DNA of 64,000 bases from the human T2T-CHM13v2.0 reference genome, Homo sapiens. Of the stretch, positions 1 through 26,107 are shown in pieces. The stretch lies in the NCBI RefSeq assembly GCF_009914755.1, contig NC_060947.1. The stretch is one strand, 5' to 3'. The number at the start of each line of letters is the position of its first letter. Position 1 is the first letter of the stretch. Made by a program: the position numbers and the translations under genes. The notes under the pieces were generated by a model. The model worked only from the letters and a program-made list of their open reading frames with translations, had not been told where the DNA came from and made no database searches.

Positions 1-1092
<1,092 letters not shown>

Positions 1093-1099
1093 GGTTCTT

Positions 1100-1416
1100 T
1101 TTATTTATTTATTTATTATTTATTTATTTTTTGGAGACAGGGTCTCACTCTCTTGCCCAGGCTGGGGTGCAGGGGTGTGATCTCAGCTCACTGCAGCCTC
1201 TATCTATCCAGGTTCAGGTGATCCTCCCACCTCAGCCTCCAGAGTAGCTGGGACCACACAGGTGCATTCCACCATGCCCAGCTAATTTTGTATTTTTTGT
1301 AGAAGCGGGGTTTTGTCATGTTGCCCAGGCTAGCCTTGAACTCCTGGGCTCAAGTGATCCTCTCACCTTGGCCTTCCAAAGTGCTGGGATTATAGGTGTG
1401 AGCCACCATTCCTGGC
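1100..1416 (-). mobile_element. Alu (J-like)
   Basis: Antisense Alu with (TTTA)n tail. Confidence 0.9.
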
Positions 1417-2587
1417 TTATCTAGGTTTTTATCCCTTATTAAGTGGGATTCAAGGAGGCCCATCATGTCAGAATGCTGTGGGTTGGCAGGAGGCATCACA
1501 ATGAAATTTTCCATGTTCCCAAATTTGATATTCACAGTACTACATATAATTTCTCAGGGAAGATAGGGTTGGACACGATGGAAATATTTTGGTGAACCAT
1601 TCGTTCCCTTGGGTTTCTTTCTCATTTGGGGAGTGTGGTTTACAATGATTGGAGCAAAAGTTTCCTGAATCTTTTTCTTGTTTCCATTTTATTGCATGGT
1701 AAAACACAATTTATCCACTTTCTTGTCAATGAGTATCTAGTTAGATTCCTGTTTTTTGGCTAATTCAAATAAAACTATGAATGTTTTTGTACCGGTCTTT
1801 TGGTGGGCAGTTGCTTTCCTTTCTCTTGGGTACATACCTAGGAAGGAGGGAAGTTGCTGGGCCACAGCATGGCCAGTTTTCTAAAACAGTTGTAGCAATT
1901 TATGTTGCTTTCTTTTTGAAAGGACAAAAGATTAAAGTTTGCCATTAGGCATTTTTACTGTCCGAGTATTTCCATCAAGCCTGTGTGAGTTAAGTCATTA
2001 ATTACCAAACATCACAGACCTTTGGGGTCACTTGCAGATAAATCTGAAAATAGTATAGACCTACCATATCATTCAAAAGACCTTAAAAGAATATAAAAAC
2101 TAAGCATCTTATCTCTCCCTCTATTGTCAATCTTGATTTACTTTCAAGACACACGGTCTTTGAAGAAACTTGTTCATGCCTTTGTAAATGGATTGTGTTG
2201 AGTACTGCTTCCTGTTGCTTACTGTTATGGGAATGAGTGTACTTTGCCTGTCAGTGATATTACTAGCTACTATTTGAGGGCTTGCAGTGTGTAACAGAAT
2301 AAAGGACAATGCCCTTTTGAAATTCTAGTTCAGCATAAGTCAGCAAGTTTCAAACTGAGTTCTTGATATTTGCAAGGTTCTGTGCTAGGCATCTCCATGT
2401 CCAAAGACCAATGAGAATGAATCTCCTAACCTCTTGACCTTGTCTAATGGGGATAGGAGGCACATACCATGATACAAGACCAACTATAATTGTCACTAGA
2501 ATTGGAAATAAAGTGCTGCCGGGCTTCCATATCACAGCATATCACATTTTATTTGGGTTGCAGAGAGGGGAAGGTATCCTTGTAAAG

Positions 2588-2815
2588 TAAGCTTATCCAA
2601 CCCGCGGTCTGTGGGCTGCATGTGGCCCAGGATGGCTTTGAATGTGGCCCAGCACAAATTCGTAAACTTTCTTAAGACATGAGATTTTTTTTGCGGTTTT
2701 TTTTTTTTTTTCTTTTTTAGCTTATTGGTTATCGTTAGTGTTAGAATATTTCCTGTGTGGCCCAAGACAATTCTTCCAATGTGGCCCAGGGAAGCCAAAA
2801 GATTCGACACCCCTG
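2588..2815 (-). mobile_element. MER30 (hAT-Charlie MITE)
   Basis: Reverse strand reads CAGGGGTGTCGAATCTTTTGGCTTCCCTGGGCCACATTGGAAGAATTGTCTTGGGCCACAC. 8-bp TSD TTGTAAAG/CTGTAAAG. Confidence 0.88.
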
Positions 2816-2945
2816 CTGTAAAGCTTCATGGAAGGGTTGTGGTCTAAGAGGTCCACCTTGAAAGGATTTCAGTCGCAGCTGCAATATATGCCAGGTGAAG
2901 GGAATTGCTTGATGGAATCATGTAGCAGGAACATATAGTCTATAC

Positions 2946-3129
2946 CAAGTGGTTCTCAGAGTGTGGTCCCCAGACCAGCAGCATCAGCATCATCTGGAAA
3001 CTTGTTAGAAATGCAAACTCTTGGGCTCCACTCCAGACCTACTGATTCAGAAACTCAGAAATCCCAGAAACCTGGGTTTTAACTAGTTCTCTAGGTGATT
3101 GTGATGTGTTAAAGTTTGAAAACCATTGG
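2946..3129. mobile_element. MER5A (hAT-Charlie MITE)
   Basis: GTGGTTCTCAGAGTGTGGTCCCCAGACCAGCAGCATCAGCATCATCTGGAAACTTGTTAGAAATGCAAA ... AAAGTTTGAAAACCATTG. Confidence 0.85.
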
Positions 3130-3358
3130 TCTAGACTTAATTGGTCAGAGAATAGTTGAAGTAAGGTTTGAGAAGGGAAGTTATGAGAACAAGAAGGCAG
3201 GGGCCTTACTGCAGAGACCTTGATTGAGTACTAGGGTGTGAGTATATGGGGCTGGGGAACCGTTAGGGTGAAGGAAAGGACATCCTTGGAGTTTACTTTA
3301 GGAAGAGTGAGCCAACAAACTTTTTTTGTAAGATGAATTAAAACTAAAAGATACTGGA

Positions 3359-3955
<597 letters not shown>

Positions 3956-5519
3956 TCAGGTACTTGAGGGGACAGTGAAGAAGAATGCAGAATCGCCTCA
4001 AATCCCACTTTACAGAGATTAGCAAAACATTATTCTCTTTAAATATTTTGAGTATACATTTGTTTCTTTAAACTCAGTTTTGTATGCATGGAATTATACA
4101 ATTCCGTAACAAATTTTCTCAGACAAATTGAATTTGAATACGTTAGTGTTCCACACATGAATGATCAGTGTGCGTTTGGAAATTGGTGGATTTTATATTT
4201 GGGAAACAGAATGTTTATACAAGCAGCTAATTGGTAAAGATTGCAATTTCATTATCCATGGTCATAAAAACATCCTGTCCACATTAGTTGTTACAGAGGA
4301 AATCTGGGGCAAAACAGTTTAAGATGCTTGGTGTGCTGTTAGTCTGGGGAGAAGAACTGCAACTAAGAAGAAAAAAGATGAAACATTTGTGGCTTTTATT
4401 AGAATAGCAAGTTTATTACGGTGTCTTACAAGAACTAATTAATATTGGGCATAAAATAGTCTCATTACATAGGTCAATACCAAGTTCCAAAGTTCTCCTT
4501 TAAAATAGGCAGCTAGCTCCTAGTGAATTTTATGAGCCACAAGCAAAGATGTGGAATAGTTTGCCCATTTCTTAGTTTTGTGACATGTATGACAGAATAT
4601 ACCATCTTCTTAAGTATGGTGTGTGTGTTTTTTTTGTTTTTGTTTTTGTTTTTTTTTTAAAGAAATTATGGGCAGAAACCTTTATATTTCTTCCTACCTG
4701 ATTTGAATGTGAGTTCACATTTTCCCATACCTATGAGAGAGCACTAGATATTTTCCAGTTACTTTACTTATTACCAATCTGATAGGTTAAAACTGATTTC
4801 TCATTTTTGTTTTTTTTTTAATTTAATTGATTACTATTGCGATGGAACAGGGTTTTTCTTTTTCTTCTTTTTATTTAAAATAGAGATGAGGTCTCACTAA
4901 GTTGCCCAGGATGGTCTGTAACTCCTGAGGTCAAGTGATCCTCCCACCTCAGCTTCCTAAAGTACTAGAATTACAGATGTGAGCCATCATGCCTGGCCAG
5001 GAACAAACAGCTTTTATTAGATAATTGCATTTCTTTTGTGAAAGGACTGTTAATATCTCTTTGTCTGTTTTCTCTTTGGGTGTTTATATTATACTGATTT
5101 GTAAGATGCTAACATATTAAGGATATTCAGCTTCTGTCTTTCTCTTTTTTTTATTTTACCATTTTTTTAAATCAAGAGGTGTAGATACTCATTGGCTTTT
5201 TAAACTATGCCACAGTGAAGCATGGCAAACACTTCATAAGGTATAGGAGATATTCAGTGAATTATCACAAAGCCAAACCTTATGTAACTTGACCTAGGTG
5301 ATGACATAAACATTGCAAAACCCCAAAAGTCAGTAGTGTACCTAAGGCTGGGGGTGAAAGGTGAGGTCTACCCCAGGTTCAGGCAATAACAAAGTGCATT
5401 TTCTTTAGGGAATTTAAAATCAGTAAAATTATTGACTAAGAGTTGGTCTGCTTTTTGTTATCATGTGTTGGCCATTTAAAAAATGTCAGTGTGTGTACAT
5501 GTATATATAATATCTGCTT

Positions 5520-6750
5520 TGTGGCTGAACTGTTAACTTTCTTTTTGACAAATAGAAGTTCTTAATTTTAATATAGTCCAGTTTATCTGTCTTTTCCTTT
5601 ATGGTGGGTGCTTGCTGTATCCACAAAGAGATATTCTTCTATATTATATTTAAGGAGCATTATTGTTTTGACTTTTATATTTAGGTCTGTAATCCACCTG
5701 AAGTTAGTATTTATGTATGGTGTAAGTTGGAGGTTAAGTTGAATTTTGTTTTCCCTTATGAATAGCCAAATGACAGTGTCATTTGAAAAGATCTGATTTG
5801 CAGTGCCAACTGTCTTGTACAGCAAGCATCCCTGTATGATCTATTTCTGGGCCTTCTGTTCATTCTTTTCATCTGTTTGTCTAGTGACTGAGCTTTATAA
5901 TATGTCCTAATCCAGAGAGAAAGTCTTTTTGTTGTACTTCTTCAAGGACGTCTTGTTTGCCTTGGCTATTTGTATTTATGTATACATTTTTAAATCTTCT
6001 GCCGGGCATGGTGGCTTATGCCTGTAATCCCAGCACTTTTGGGAGGCCGAGGTGGGCGGATCACTTGAGGTCAGAAGTTCGAGACCAGCCTGGCCAACAT
6101 GGTGAAACCCCGTCTCTACTAAAAATACAAAAAAAATTAGCTGGATATGGTGGCGGGTGCCTGTAATCCCAGCTACTCGGGAGGCTGAGGCAGGAGAATC
6201 CCTTGAATCCGGGAAGGGGAGGTTGCAGTCAGCCGAGATTGTGCCACTGCTCTCCAGCCTGGGCGATAGAGTGAGACTCTGTCTCAAATAAATAAATAAA
6301 TAAATAAAATCAGCCTGTAAATTTCGATTAAAAATTTGTTAGGATTGGTTGGGATTGTTTTGGGTCTCTAGATCAATTTGGATAGAATTGACATCTTTAC
6401 AGTGTTAAATTTCAAGAACATGGGATATCCCTTCACTTTATTAGGTCCCTTTAATTTGTAAAAGTATTTTTTGTTTGTTTAATAGCTTTCTACATAGAAG
6501 ATTTTCCACTTTTTATTTCTAGGAATTTGATAATTTTTGATGGTTTCAGGAATGGTATTAAAAATTCATTTCCTAGCTTTATTGCTGGTGTATAGAAATA
6601 CTGTTGGTTTTTGAACATTAACTTTTGTATCCCTCAGCTTTGATAAGCTAATTTTTTCTGCTAGCTTACTTGTAGATTGTTTTGGATTTTCTATTGTGTA
6701 CAATCTGTGGAAAATGATAGGTTTTTTGGTCATTCCTAGCACTCATTTTT
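5520..6750 (-). mobile_element. Old L1M fragment interrupted by a + strand Alu (~6000-6309)
   Basis: L1 ORF2 antisense motifs TTTAGGTCTGTAATCCACCTGAAGTTAGTATTTATGTATGGTGTAAG and TAGATCAATTTGGATAGAATTGACATCTTTACA. Confidence 0.75.
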
Positions 6751-7134
6751 GTCTAGATTTCTACCTGTTCTCAGTGAAGAGATTTGTCTGAATTATATAT
6801 AATCATTATTACTGGAAGCAGAAAGTCTTCCTAAATGAAAGATAAAAACTACACCCCATTCTCATTTCTGAATTATCTTTGAATTTAAACCCAAATCTCA
6901 AAGGTGCCTCAATCCCAGTGAAAGCTAATAGTATTTTTTGAGACAGTGTTATAAATGTTCCTAATGGATTTATAAGCAAATCTTATGAAATCTTTAAAAT
7001 TTAATTTTTTTTGAGACAGCTTTTAATGTGTATCTCAAGGACTTAAAATATGAAAACTTATCAGTAGTTTAAAAAATTCTTCCAAGTAGTGAAGTCACTA
7101 GTGAAGCCATAAGGTGTCTCTGATGTGCTCATTT

Positions 7135-7436
<302 letters not shown>

Positions 7437-7654
7437 TAGTCCTTGTTCTTATGAGCCTCCTACTGGAAGTACCCCAGGGAGCTCTCCGCATTTGCAGAGG
7501 GCATTGGCTTGCTTGGGTAATGCTCTGTGGTGCCAATAGAGATGCACTGCAGGAAGAACTCTGGAAACTTCGTTGGGAGAGAAGTGGCATATGAGCATCA
7601 TTGTGAGCAAGTGTCAGGTAATGTTTTCCAGAGGAAAATACCAAATTGACTAGT

Positions 7655-8170
7655 TGTATGCCAGACACATCTGACAGTAATAACAGAGGCATACTCTGAA
7701 TATGAACCTGTATAGCATATGTACCTGACAGCAGTAACTTACTTAAGCATACCCCGAGAATGACCCTGAGGTCTAAGAACAACTTGTGTTCATAGGGTAC
7801 CGAACTAAGGAATCCAGCAGTGACCAACCAGCAGATTCATTCATTATCTATAAGGAACATCTGAGCCCCCAGGCCAGTCCTGTGGATCCTGGGCTTTGCC
7901 GGAAGATTGAGGATCTTTGTTTTGGGTTAAATGAAGGTTGCCAGGTGGAGGTTGGTGGGGGAGGGTGCTAAGTCAAAATGTTATATAAACTGCATGCTTT
8001 TTTACAAGTGGGATCAGTTCTTCTTTCTAGCCTGCTGCCACTGGACTGGATGGCCCTGCATGTAAGTTCCCTCAAAAACCCTACATCTTTTTCACTAGCT
8101 CTGGGTCTCTTCTTTGGCTTTTCAAACATGGTGCTGTCCCTATTGAAGTTAATAGGGGTTCAGGACAACA
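7655..8170 (+). mobile_element. Solo ERV LTR (ERVL class, LTR47-like; name tentative)
   Basis: TG...CA termini, 5-bp TSD CTAGT/TTAGT, TATATAAA at ~7982, and motif CTTAAGCATACCCCGAGAATGACCCT. Confidence 0.7.
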
Positions 8171-9673
8171 TTAGTAATTTGATGAGTTGCAGCTGAGGGA
8201 TCAGAGTATTGTCATAGGTTGTCCTGTAGCATTTTCATGCATGCTCCTTGTGAACTTGAGGAGTCTGTAAGCTGCTGTAGTCAAGGAGGTCAACAAATGC
8301 TAAGCAGCCTCAGTAAAGGGATTGCAACTTAAAACAGCCCACCATTGCAGGTTCATCTCCATGAAGGACCAGCAAGAGACAGTTACAATGAGCAAGGGCT
8401 CTGTTGACTATTTTGGGAATTAAGGGAGTGGGCAAGCAAAAGCTGTAATTGTAATTAGTGTTGTGGAAGGAGAATTATCCCCCACCTTTTTTTTTGTCTT
8501 TCACTGCGGTTTACATGTGATAGGTGTTTGATTAATGTCAGTTGTATATGTGAATTGTTATGAAGACTTTAGAAAACTTTAGAAACTAATGTTAAGTGAT
8601 GATTGAAATGTGCTCAGATTAAAAAAATAATTTTAGTATCTTCAACCAGTCTAGCTGGTTAAATAATTTTATTATTCCTGTAGATTAAAAAATTTTAAAT
8701 ATCAAGTTTAGAGAAAAATCTTATTCTAATTTTGGAGTATGATTATATTTCAATTCAGTATGTAGTTTTCCAATTTGAAAAAAATAGCTATAGCTATAAT
8801 TATAATCAGCAAATGAATGGGATCTGAGACTGATTTAAGTTAAAATTTGTGACCTTAAAGGAATTGATTCACAGTGTTCTGGATTCTTTTCAGAATGTGC
8901 GGATACTGTAAGTACAATTTTTCTTCATAGTAAGTGTAAATTAAATATAAACTCTATAGTAAACTCAAGCATTCTATAAGAAGCCACATAACGTGCTATT
9001 TCTTTCTTTTCCCAGTGGTGTTTTAGTGAATCATTAGTTGTATGTTTCTTTCTTGAGTTGGAGCTGAAGAAATCCTTCCCACTGGAAATATGAGTTCTAT
9101 ACCATTTTGTGGGTAGGGATCCAGCGGTGGGCCTTTAGTAAGCGTAAGCACTGGCTTTTGCATTTATACTTGTTTTTATAGAATAACACCATCTTGTAAA
9201 ATGATTTGTTCCCAGAGTTTTTCTAGATACGGTAATTTTAAACACACCTTATGAATGTTCTTTTAAAATAAGTTATAAAGTGAATTATTTTGTAAAACAA
9301 GAGTTCTTTTATTAGCATGAATATCTCCTAATCTTCCCTCACCCCCAGTACTACTAGCTACTTCTAGGGTTGGGTTTTCAGATACAATCAATTTTCTTAG
9401 TCTTACGTAGTGCTTTGGAGATTAGTGCTCAGATCTCGTATTGAAGTATGGTTCTTACTCATGGCAGATAATTTCTGTCTTTTCACTTTTGAGTTGTTTT
9501 TATACCCTTGAATATAGTAGGCTAACTATAGAATACCTAATGTCACAATCATGAAAGAAATAGTTGGTAATTTATAAAAGCTGTACGAAAATGTATATTA
9601 GACTTTTATGGTTTTTAAGGTCAAAAAGAAACTGAAGACTCTTTAGAAAAGGTCACAAAAAATCATTGAATAG

Positions 9674-10284
<611 letters not shown>

Positions 10285-10670
10285 TCATTGAATCAGACCT
10301 ACCAGTGTCTAGTTCAGGATTTGAATGCTTAGTATATATTCATTCCTTTTGGGGGAAAAGATATTTCTAATGACTACTTCATATGTTTTGTGTTTTTATA
10401 ATTTTCTAGTTAGAATTCACGGGCTTATTTCAAAGAAGACTTCTTTAAAATTACCAATTTTTAGTCCATTTGTCTTTTCTCTTAGCAAATCCCCAAATGA
10501 CAAATTGATTAAAAGAACACTTAGAATAAATACTGTAAGTTGTATTATTTAATATGTATTTTTATGTGCCACATGTAGAGAAATGATTAAAGACAAAAGT
10601 AATGAAGCAGACTTTTTAAAGAATCACTTGACAGAAAGCAGAGAACATTTCTTACATATAGAAGTAAATG

Positions 10671-11049
<379 letters not shown>

Positions 11050-11799
11050 TTAGCTTAATAGTAACAGGAAAATAGCTTTCAGAATGGGTTTAATCAGAAT
11101 AATTAAACCCATTCTGTCAGTACTGCTGGATTACAGATTAATTGCTGAATTTTGAGTACATTACTGAGAATTTGGTCAGAGAAATAGAACCACTGTGAGT
11201 ATTATGGGTAAGGAACTTATATGGTAATCAGACTGTACACAATTATAAGAGGTGCTGGGGATGGGAATATCTATCTGAAAAAGGAAAGACCTGAAAAAAT
11301 CACTAATAGATCCTCCTGAGGTACTGGTACAGGTTGATAAATGAGAGCTTACTGGGAAAATTTTAAGAAGCCAAATGTGTACAGTCACCAAAGTAGGCAT
11401 GCAGAAAGGCTTTTTTCTGGAGAGTTCTGTGGAAGGCTGTTTCCTCCGTGTAGCTGCTGCCTCTGTGGGTCCACAGCCAAGCATTTGTTGTTGGGTCTTG
11501 CTCTACTGTTGGTCAGATCAGAAGAAGAGCTGGACACAGAGGGGACAAGAGGAGAGCAGGGACAAGCTGGAAGCTGCCACACACCTCTGCATTTGTCGTC
11601 ACCCTGTGTGACCTTCATGAAGATCTTGTAAGAATTTGGCCATCTTGAACTTGGTGTACTGTGCAGGAAAGGGAATTCTGGGAAACACAGTTCCCGGCTT
11701 GATCAAGTTCACAAGAGACTGATCCACTACATTGAGCTTCTCATTTTGAGCATCTCAAGTCTTTTTTTTTATGTGTGGTTAAAAATTTTTATTTTTTAT

Positions 11800-12791
<992 letters not shown>

Positions 12792-13569
12792 TGATAGCAA
12801 TGTTAAAATACTTTGAGCCTCAAGATTTTCATTTCCTGATGGTATTTACTGAGGAATTTAAAATGCTGTACTTTGGATAGCTTTTGTTCTTTTACTTAAT
12901 AACACCATGGCCTTTCCCTAGTGTATTTTACCATACAGTGCATCTGTATCTTATTTTCTGACTTTTCTCATTGTTGTTAAAGTTTTACAATCCCAGTAAA
13001 TGAATTCCAGGCCAGATAATATCATTTCAGTTTTGGAGAGGAAAACGAGTACAAACTTTAAGTAGAAGTAACTTTTACATAGTCTTTGGTGGATTTAGGT
13101 TAAAAATACCCAAGCATGCCATAAGACATTGTGCTGTCCTTCTGAAACGATAATATTCCACTCTAGCAATAATGAATAAAAGGGGATGACCTTTTTCAGG
13201 AGATCTAAATTTGTGTACTTCTAGGCTCTTTGAAATACAGAGCATCAAAATTTTGTTGGCTAGGTTGATATATTCAGCCAGCAAAATTAAGTGGTTTGCT
13301 GTTCTCTGATTCTGCGACACATCGTTTGTGTTCTGGGTCTATACCTTCTGTCTTCTGCAGTGCAAGTATAACATACATGCTAGATAGTTTCTGATTTTTT
13401 TTTTTTTAAATGTGGATATCTGACGGAGTAGGGGATTTTAGGGCATGATAAGATATAGAAAATGCTGAAAATAGTTTTCATTTATTTCCTTCCTGCAGTC
13501 CATAATGGGGTGTTCATTTGCCTCTTTCCCATTTAATTTTTCCTCTCTAGGGTTGGAGAATCTCTTCTA

Positions 13570-13873
<304 letters not shown>

Positions 13874-14029
13874 CTCTTCTAATTTCTTTTAAGAGCATTC
13901 ACTGATAATAACTGAAGTATCCTGGAGAGTTACATGAACCTCTTAGATGTAGTCATAGAATATTTAATATATTTTGTTGGCTTCTAGTATCTGTTCACTT
14001 TTAGAATAGTACAGTATTTTTTTTTTCCA

Positions 14030-14328
14030 GTAGGTGCTCGTCACCCAGGTAAACACTACATTTTCCAGTCTCCGTTAAAGCCAGGTGTGGTAGAGGATTA
14101 AATCTTGTCCAGTAGGATATGAATGAAGATGTTAGGTACATCTTGGGTGTTTTGCCTAAAAGGAGTGGAGTTTTGGCCTCCCTGTCCTCCACTTTTCCCC
14201 CTTCTCTGTGGCTGAGATATGGGGAAATTGGTGAGAGTTGAGTTAGATATCTCAGACTGTGATATGGACAGTGCTGGAACCACTTACCTGGACTTTTACA
14301 TGAAAGATAAAAATGAACTTCTCTCTCT
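14030..14328 (+). mobile_element. Old MaLR LTR (MLT1-like) with its 3' end missing
   Basis: ACTACATTTTCCAGTCTCC...AGCCAGGTGTGG and CCTGGACTTTTACATGAAAGATAAAAATGAACTTCT resemble MLT1 motifs. Confidence 0.5.
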
Positions 14329-14780
14329 TTTTTTTTTTTTTTTGGAGACTCAGTCTTGCTCCATCACCCAGGCTAGAGTGCAGTGGCGCCGATTTCGGCT
14401 CACTGCAACCTATGCCTCCCGGATTCAAGCAATTCTTGTGGCATTTTTTAAAGACCTGGGGGTGGGGAGAGGGGATGGTGTATGAAAAGTAGGCCATCAG
14501 GGGAACTTCGGTTCTTTTTTTTTTTTTTGAGACGGAGTTTTGCTCTTGTCACAGCTCACTGCAACCTCTGCCTCCTGGGTTCAAGTGATTCTCCTGCCTC
14601 AGCCTCCTGAGTAGCTGGGATTACAGGCACGTGCCACCACACCAGGGTAATTTTTGTATTTTTGGTAGAGATGGGGTTTCACTGTGTTGGCCAGGCTGGT
14701 CTCTAACTCCTGACCACAGTTGATCCACCCGCACCATCCCAAAGTGCTAGGATGACAGGCCTGAGCCACCGTGCCTGGCC
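14329..14780 (-). mobile_element. Truncated Alu right arm (14329-14437) plus an Alu with an internal deletion (~14515-14780)
   Basis: Alu motifs. The second Alu is flanked by GGGAACTT(C/T)GGT. Confidence 0.88.
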
Positions 14781-15562
14781 CTGGGAACTTTGGTCTAATG
14801 AAATAAAATTTCTGCAAATTAAAGTGTTCGTTTTTGTTACCTTGATAGCATTAGTCTAGACTTTCTTCATTTTTACAAGACCGTGAGGAGATTATTCATG
14901 GTATAGTATGGTATCAGAAAAATTGTAAGGGTATGGTATGTGTTGATTATTTCCCCGAAAACCATCCTATTTTCATCTCTGTTGCCTCTACCTTTATTAA
15001 GGTACATAAGTCCCCAAGTTTTATAAGTCCCCAAGTTTCTACCTCCTCGGAACCATTTTCCCTCATCCTCAACAATCCTTTCTGATATAGAAGTTTATCA
15101 CTTGTGGTATGACTGTTCTCCTTAAAACCTTCAATAATTTCTAATGCCTGAGGACCAAAGTAAACACAGTTTATAACAAACAATAATCAAACACACCTTG
15201 TAGCAATCAGTATAACAATGCCCTTTTACAGCAGATTAAATTATTGAAGTGACTTGTTCAAAGTAGCAGAGGAAGATAAAAGCATAAGCGTGTTTTGCTG
15301 TACAGAATTGTGAAAATGGAATCCCCGTTCCTAGGGACCTTAACTTTTAGTAGTGGAAAAGCAATTTAGGCAGGCAAATAATTCAGAGATTTGGTATTGT
15401 TTAGTCCAAAGTTAGTGTTTGAATGAATATAAGGTAGTGAATGAAATTTGGAGAATCTGTTGTTCAAACTTTTAAAAAGTTAAATAGTATTACCTTAAAT
15501 ATAGGAACACATTTTCTCATTTTGTATTCTTTGAATTTTTATTTATTTTAAACTTTGTAATT

Positions 15563-16211
<649 letters not shown>

Positions 16212-16739
16212 TGAACTTTGTAATTTTGTAAGAACATTTTAAGAAAATGCTAATTGGAAAATTATCATCTCTACTCTTTTTCCTGTCAAATATTATATAC
16301 ATCATTTATAATTTATTTTAGCCTTCTAATACTTAGTATTAATACAGTGAGAACTGGTGGTGGTACTTCAGTGTTCCAAACTCAGTCTACTGCTTTTCTT
16401 GGAAAAGATGATGAAAATAACTACTTTAATGTTTGTGGTTATTGCTCTTTTCTAGTATCTGAATTTTAAAAATACATTGTATAGAGTTATGTTTACTCAT
16501 ATAACAAATTTTAGATTTTGTTCTTACAATGTATTTCCAAAACAAGTAACATTACTATTCCTATTTCTTAGTAACTTGTGTAACTCAAGATCAGAAAATT
16601 TATATTGATCAGACCTTGAAATCAGGGTTAAGCATTCACATTTGAACAAAGGATAGGTTTCTTGAGTATTTTCTCTGTAGTTCATTCCTTATGTATTTCT
16701 TACTGTGCTCATCCAAATTTTCTCATTTCTTTGGTTCAA

Positions 16740-22390
<5,651 letters not shown>

Positions 22391-24027
22391 GTATTCTCAG
22401 CCTTCCTTGCCTGGGGTAGAGGTGCTGCCCTATAAATGAGGCTAGGTGGAGGTAGCTCTGCTTGACCGGAATAGTTCCTGCAACATGAAACAGAGGCTGC
22501 GAGGGGTGGCAGGGGATGTGAAATTCTGGTAACCTACTGCTCCTGGGGAGAAACTTTCGTCTTGGCTACACTCACTGGGCATAGAGCTGGGGGTGAGGGA
22601 GAGGGAATGGGCATGTAAGGAAGTGAGTCCTGGTTCAAATTTTTCCAACTTGGTCTTTTTACCAAGATTCAGTAGATTTTCTTGACTAAATATTGCTGCG
22701 TTTGCCCCATGTCCTTAGGGCAATTTCTGCAGACTGTAAATAGTTTCTTCTCTTTCCTTCTTTTTTTGTATCCTTTGTACCAGTTAAGGTTGTTTTGCTG
22801 AGGAGAGGGTCCAGGGTCCACATGGACCACCTCACACTGCCATTCTGGAAGTGCTTTTCTTTGGTTTAATTTTGTTGGAATAAAGTATTACTTATGGAAA
22901 CAGCATTAGGTAAATATATTTCACGTATTCTAAATAGTAATCTTCATTGCCCCATCTTGTTTTCTATATCCTTTGATACTAATTTATAACAACAGTTCTT
23001 TAGAATTTAGACACTAACTCACCTCTTCTCTTTGTATTTTATCTTTTGAGAATGAAGCTTCATTTTATTTTTCATAGCCCTGGCAGACTACTTCCATTTA
23101 TAGTCCTGTAACCATCCCTTTTGTGTGTGTATTGTTTCTGTGATGTCTTTCATGAAACTTCTTAGGGCTAAAGGTAATTGAAGCACATTTGCTTTTCCTC
23201 CCACTCAAATGTTTTTATTTCCTTCAAACAAATACCTTAGCAATTCTGCATCTAGATGTTCTTCAATTTGTCAGTTCTTGTTTTTTTTTTTTTTTCTTGG
23301 CACAACAGAAGATGTTCTATTTCATACAGTTAATGAAAGGTATCTTTACTTACGTAACTATAAATGATCAATAATGATGATAGTGCAATGCAATTTCAGA
23401 AGTTGTTCTAGATTTAGCATAGTTCTAAATTGTTGAGGCCGAGTAGAAAAATTTTCAGTGATATTGTTCAACTTGATAAAGTAACATTACTTTGCAGATA
23501 ATATAATTGTCATCAGAACTGGCAAGACTAAAATTGTTTGCTTTAAAATATTTTATTTTCCTTAATAAAAATATTGCTTTAAAAATGTTAATGACATTTC
23601 ATGAATCTATTCTTTTGGGCATTGACATAAATTACTGGTCTCATTTGGGGAATCCATTTAAATGTAGGCTCTTTGAGATGATATAATAAATCCCTCTTTC
23701 TAAAGTTATTGGCCTTCTTATTACATCATCTATTGTGTTTCATTAGTGTTATCTTTTAATTAGTAATAATCTCTATTATGTGGCTTCTATGCATCAGAGG
23801 CTTTATATAATCTTGAATCCTCTTCATTAGCCTATAAGTAGGTGGTATCAGTTCTTCTTAATGAATGAGAAAATAGGCTTGAAGGGACTACATAACTTGC
23901 TCATGGTCACATAATTAGTGAGGGATGACACCCAGATGTGTCAGTATTCTCAAAAGACTAGAAAGAAGGGTCCAGGTAGAGGAAGGGTTTGTGGCAAAAG
24001 CAGTGCATGGACTGCTTGTTCATCATC

Positions 24028-25570
<1,543 letters not shown>

Positions 25571-26107
25571 ATAATAAATAACAACTAAGACCTCATAGTT
25601 GTCAGTCATGTAATATTATTTTCCATTTGCTCCATCTCTATTCCCAGTTTCAGTTAGTAGAGTCCTGATATACCCAGTAGTCAAGGCAGAATTTTTTTTT
25701 CTTTTTTTTTTTTAATATAATTTTTGATTTTACAAACCCTGGCCTACAGGTCACAGCAGAAATTTTAGCATCATTTTAGACTTTTCCATTTCTCATTCAT
25801 CAACTATTTTTAAATTGTCGCTGTGTCTTTTGATTACATCTCTTAAATATCTCAACTTTATCTGCCTTTCTTTGTTCCCACTGTTGCTGCTTTAGTTTAA
25901 ATTTCATCATTTTGTGCCTGGCCTCTATAAATCAGTAGCTTTCTGACTAGTGTCTGCCCTAACTCTCTTCCTGCCTCCATGGTGATTTTTCTGAAGTATA
26001 ACACTGGTAAAATGCTCAACTTAAACCTTCTCTTGATTTCTTGTTGTCTATGGCAGTAGCCTTCAAACTTCTTGTAAGGCAGTTAGACCCCTTCTTCAAA
26101 TATAGGG

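Noticed and set aside
7470-8420. Non-repeat-looking flanks of the solo LTR as a possible processed pseudogene
   Set aside because: No recognisable protein, polyA tail or TSD.
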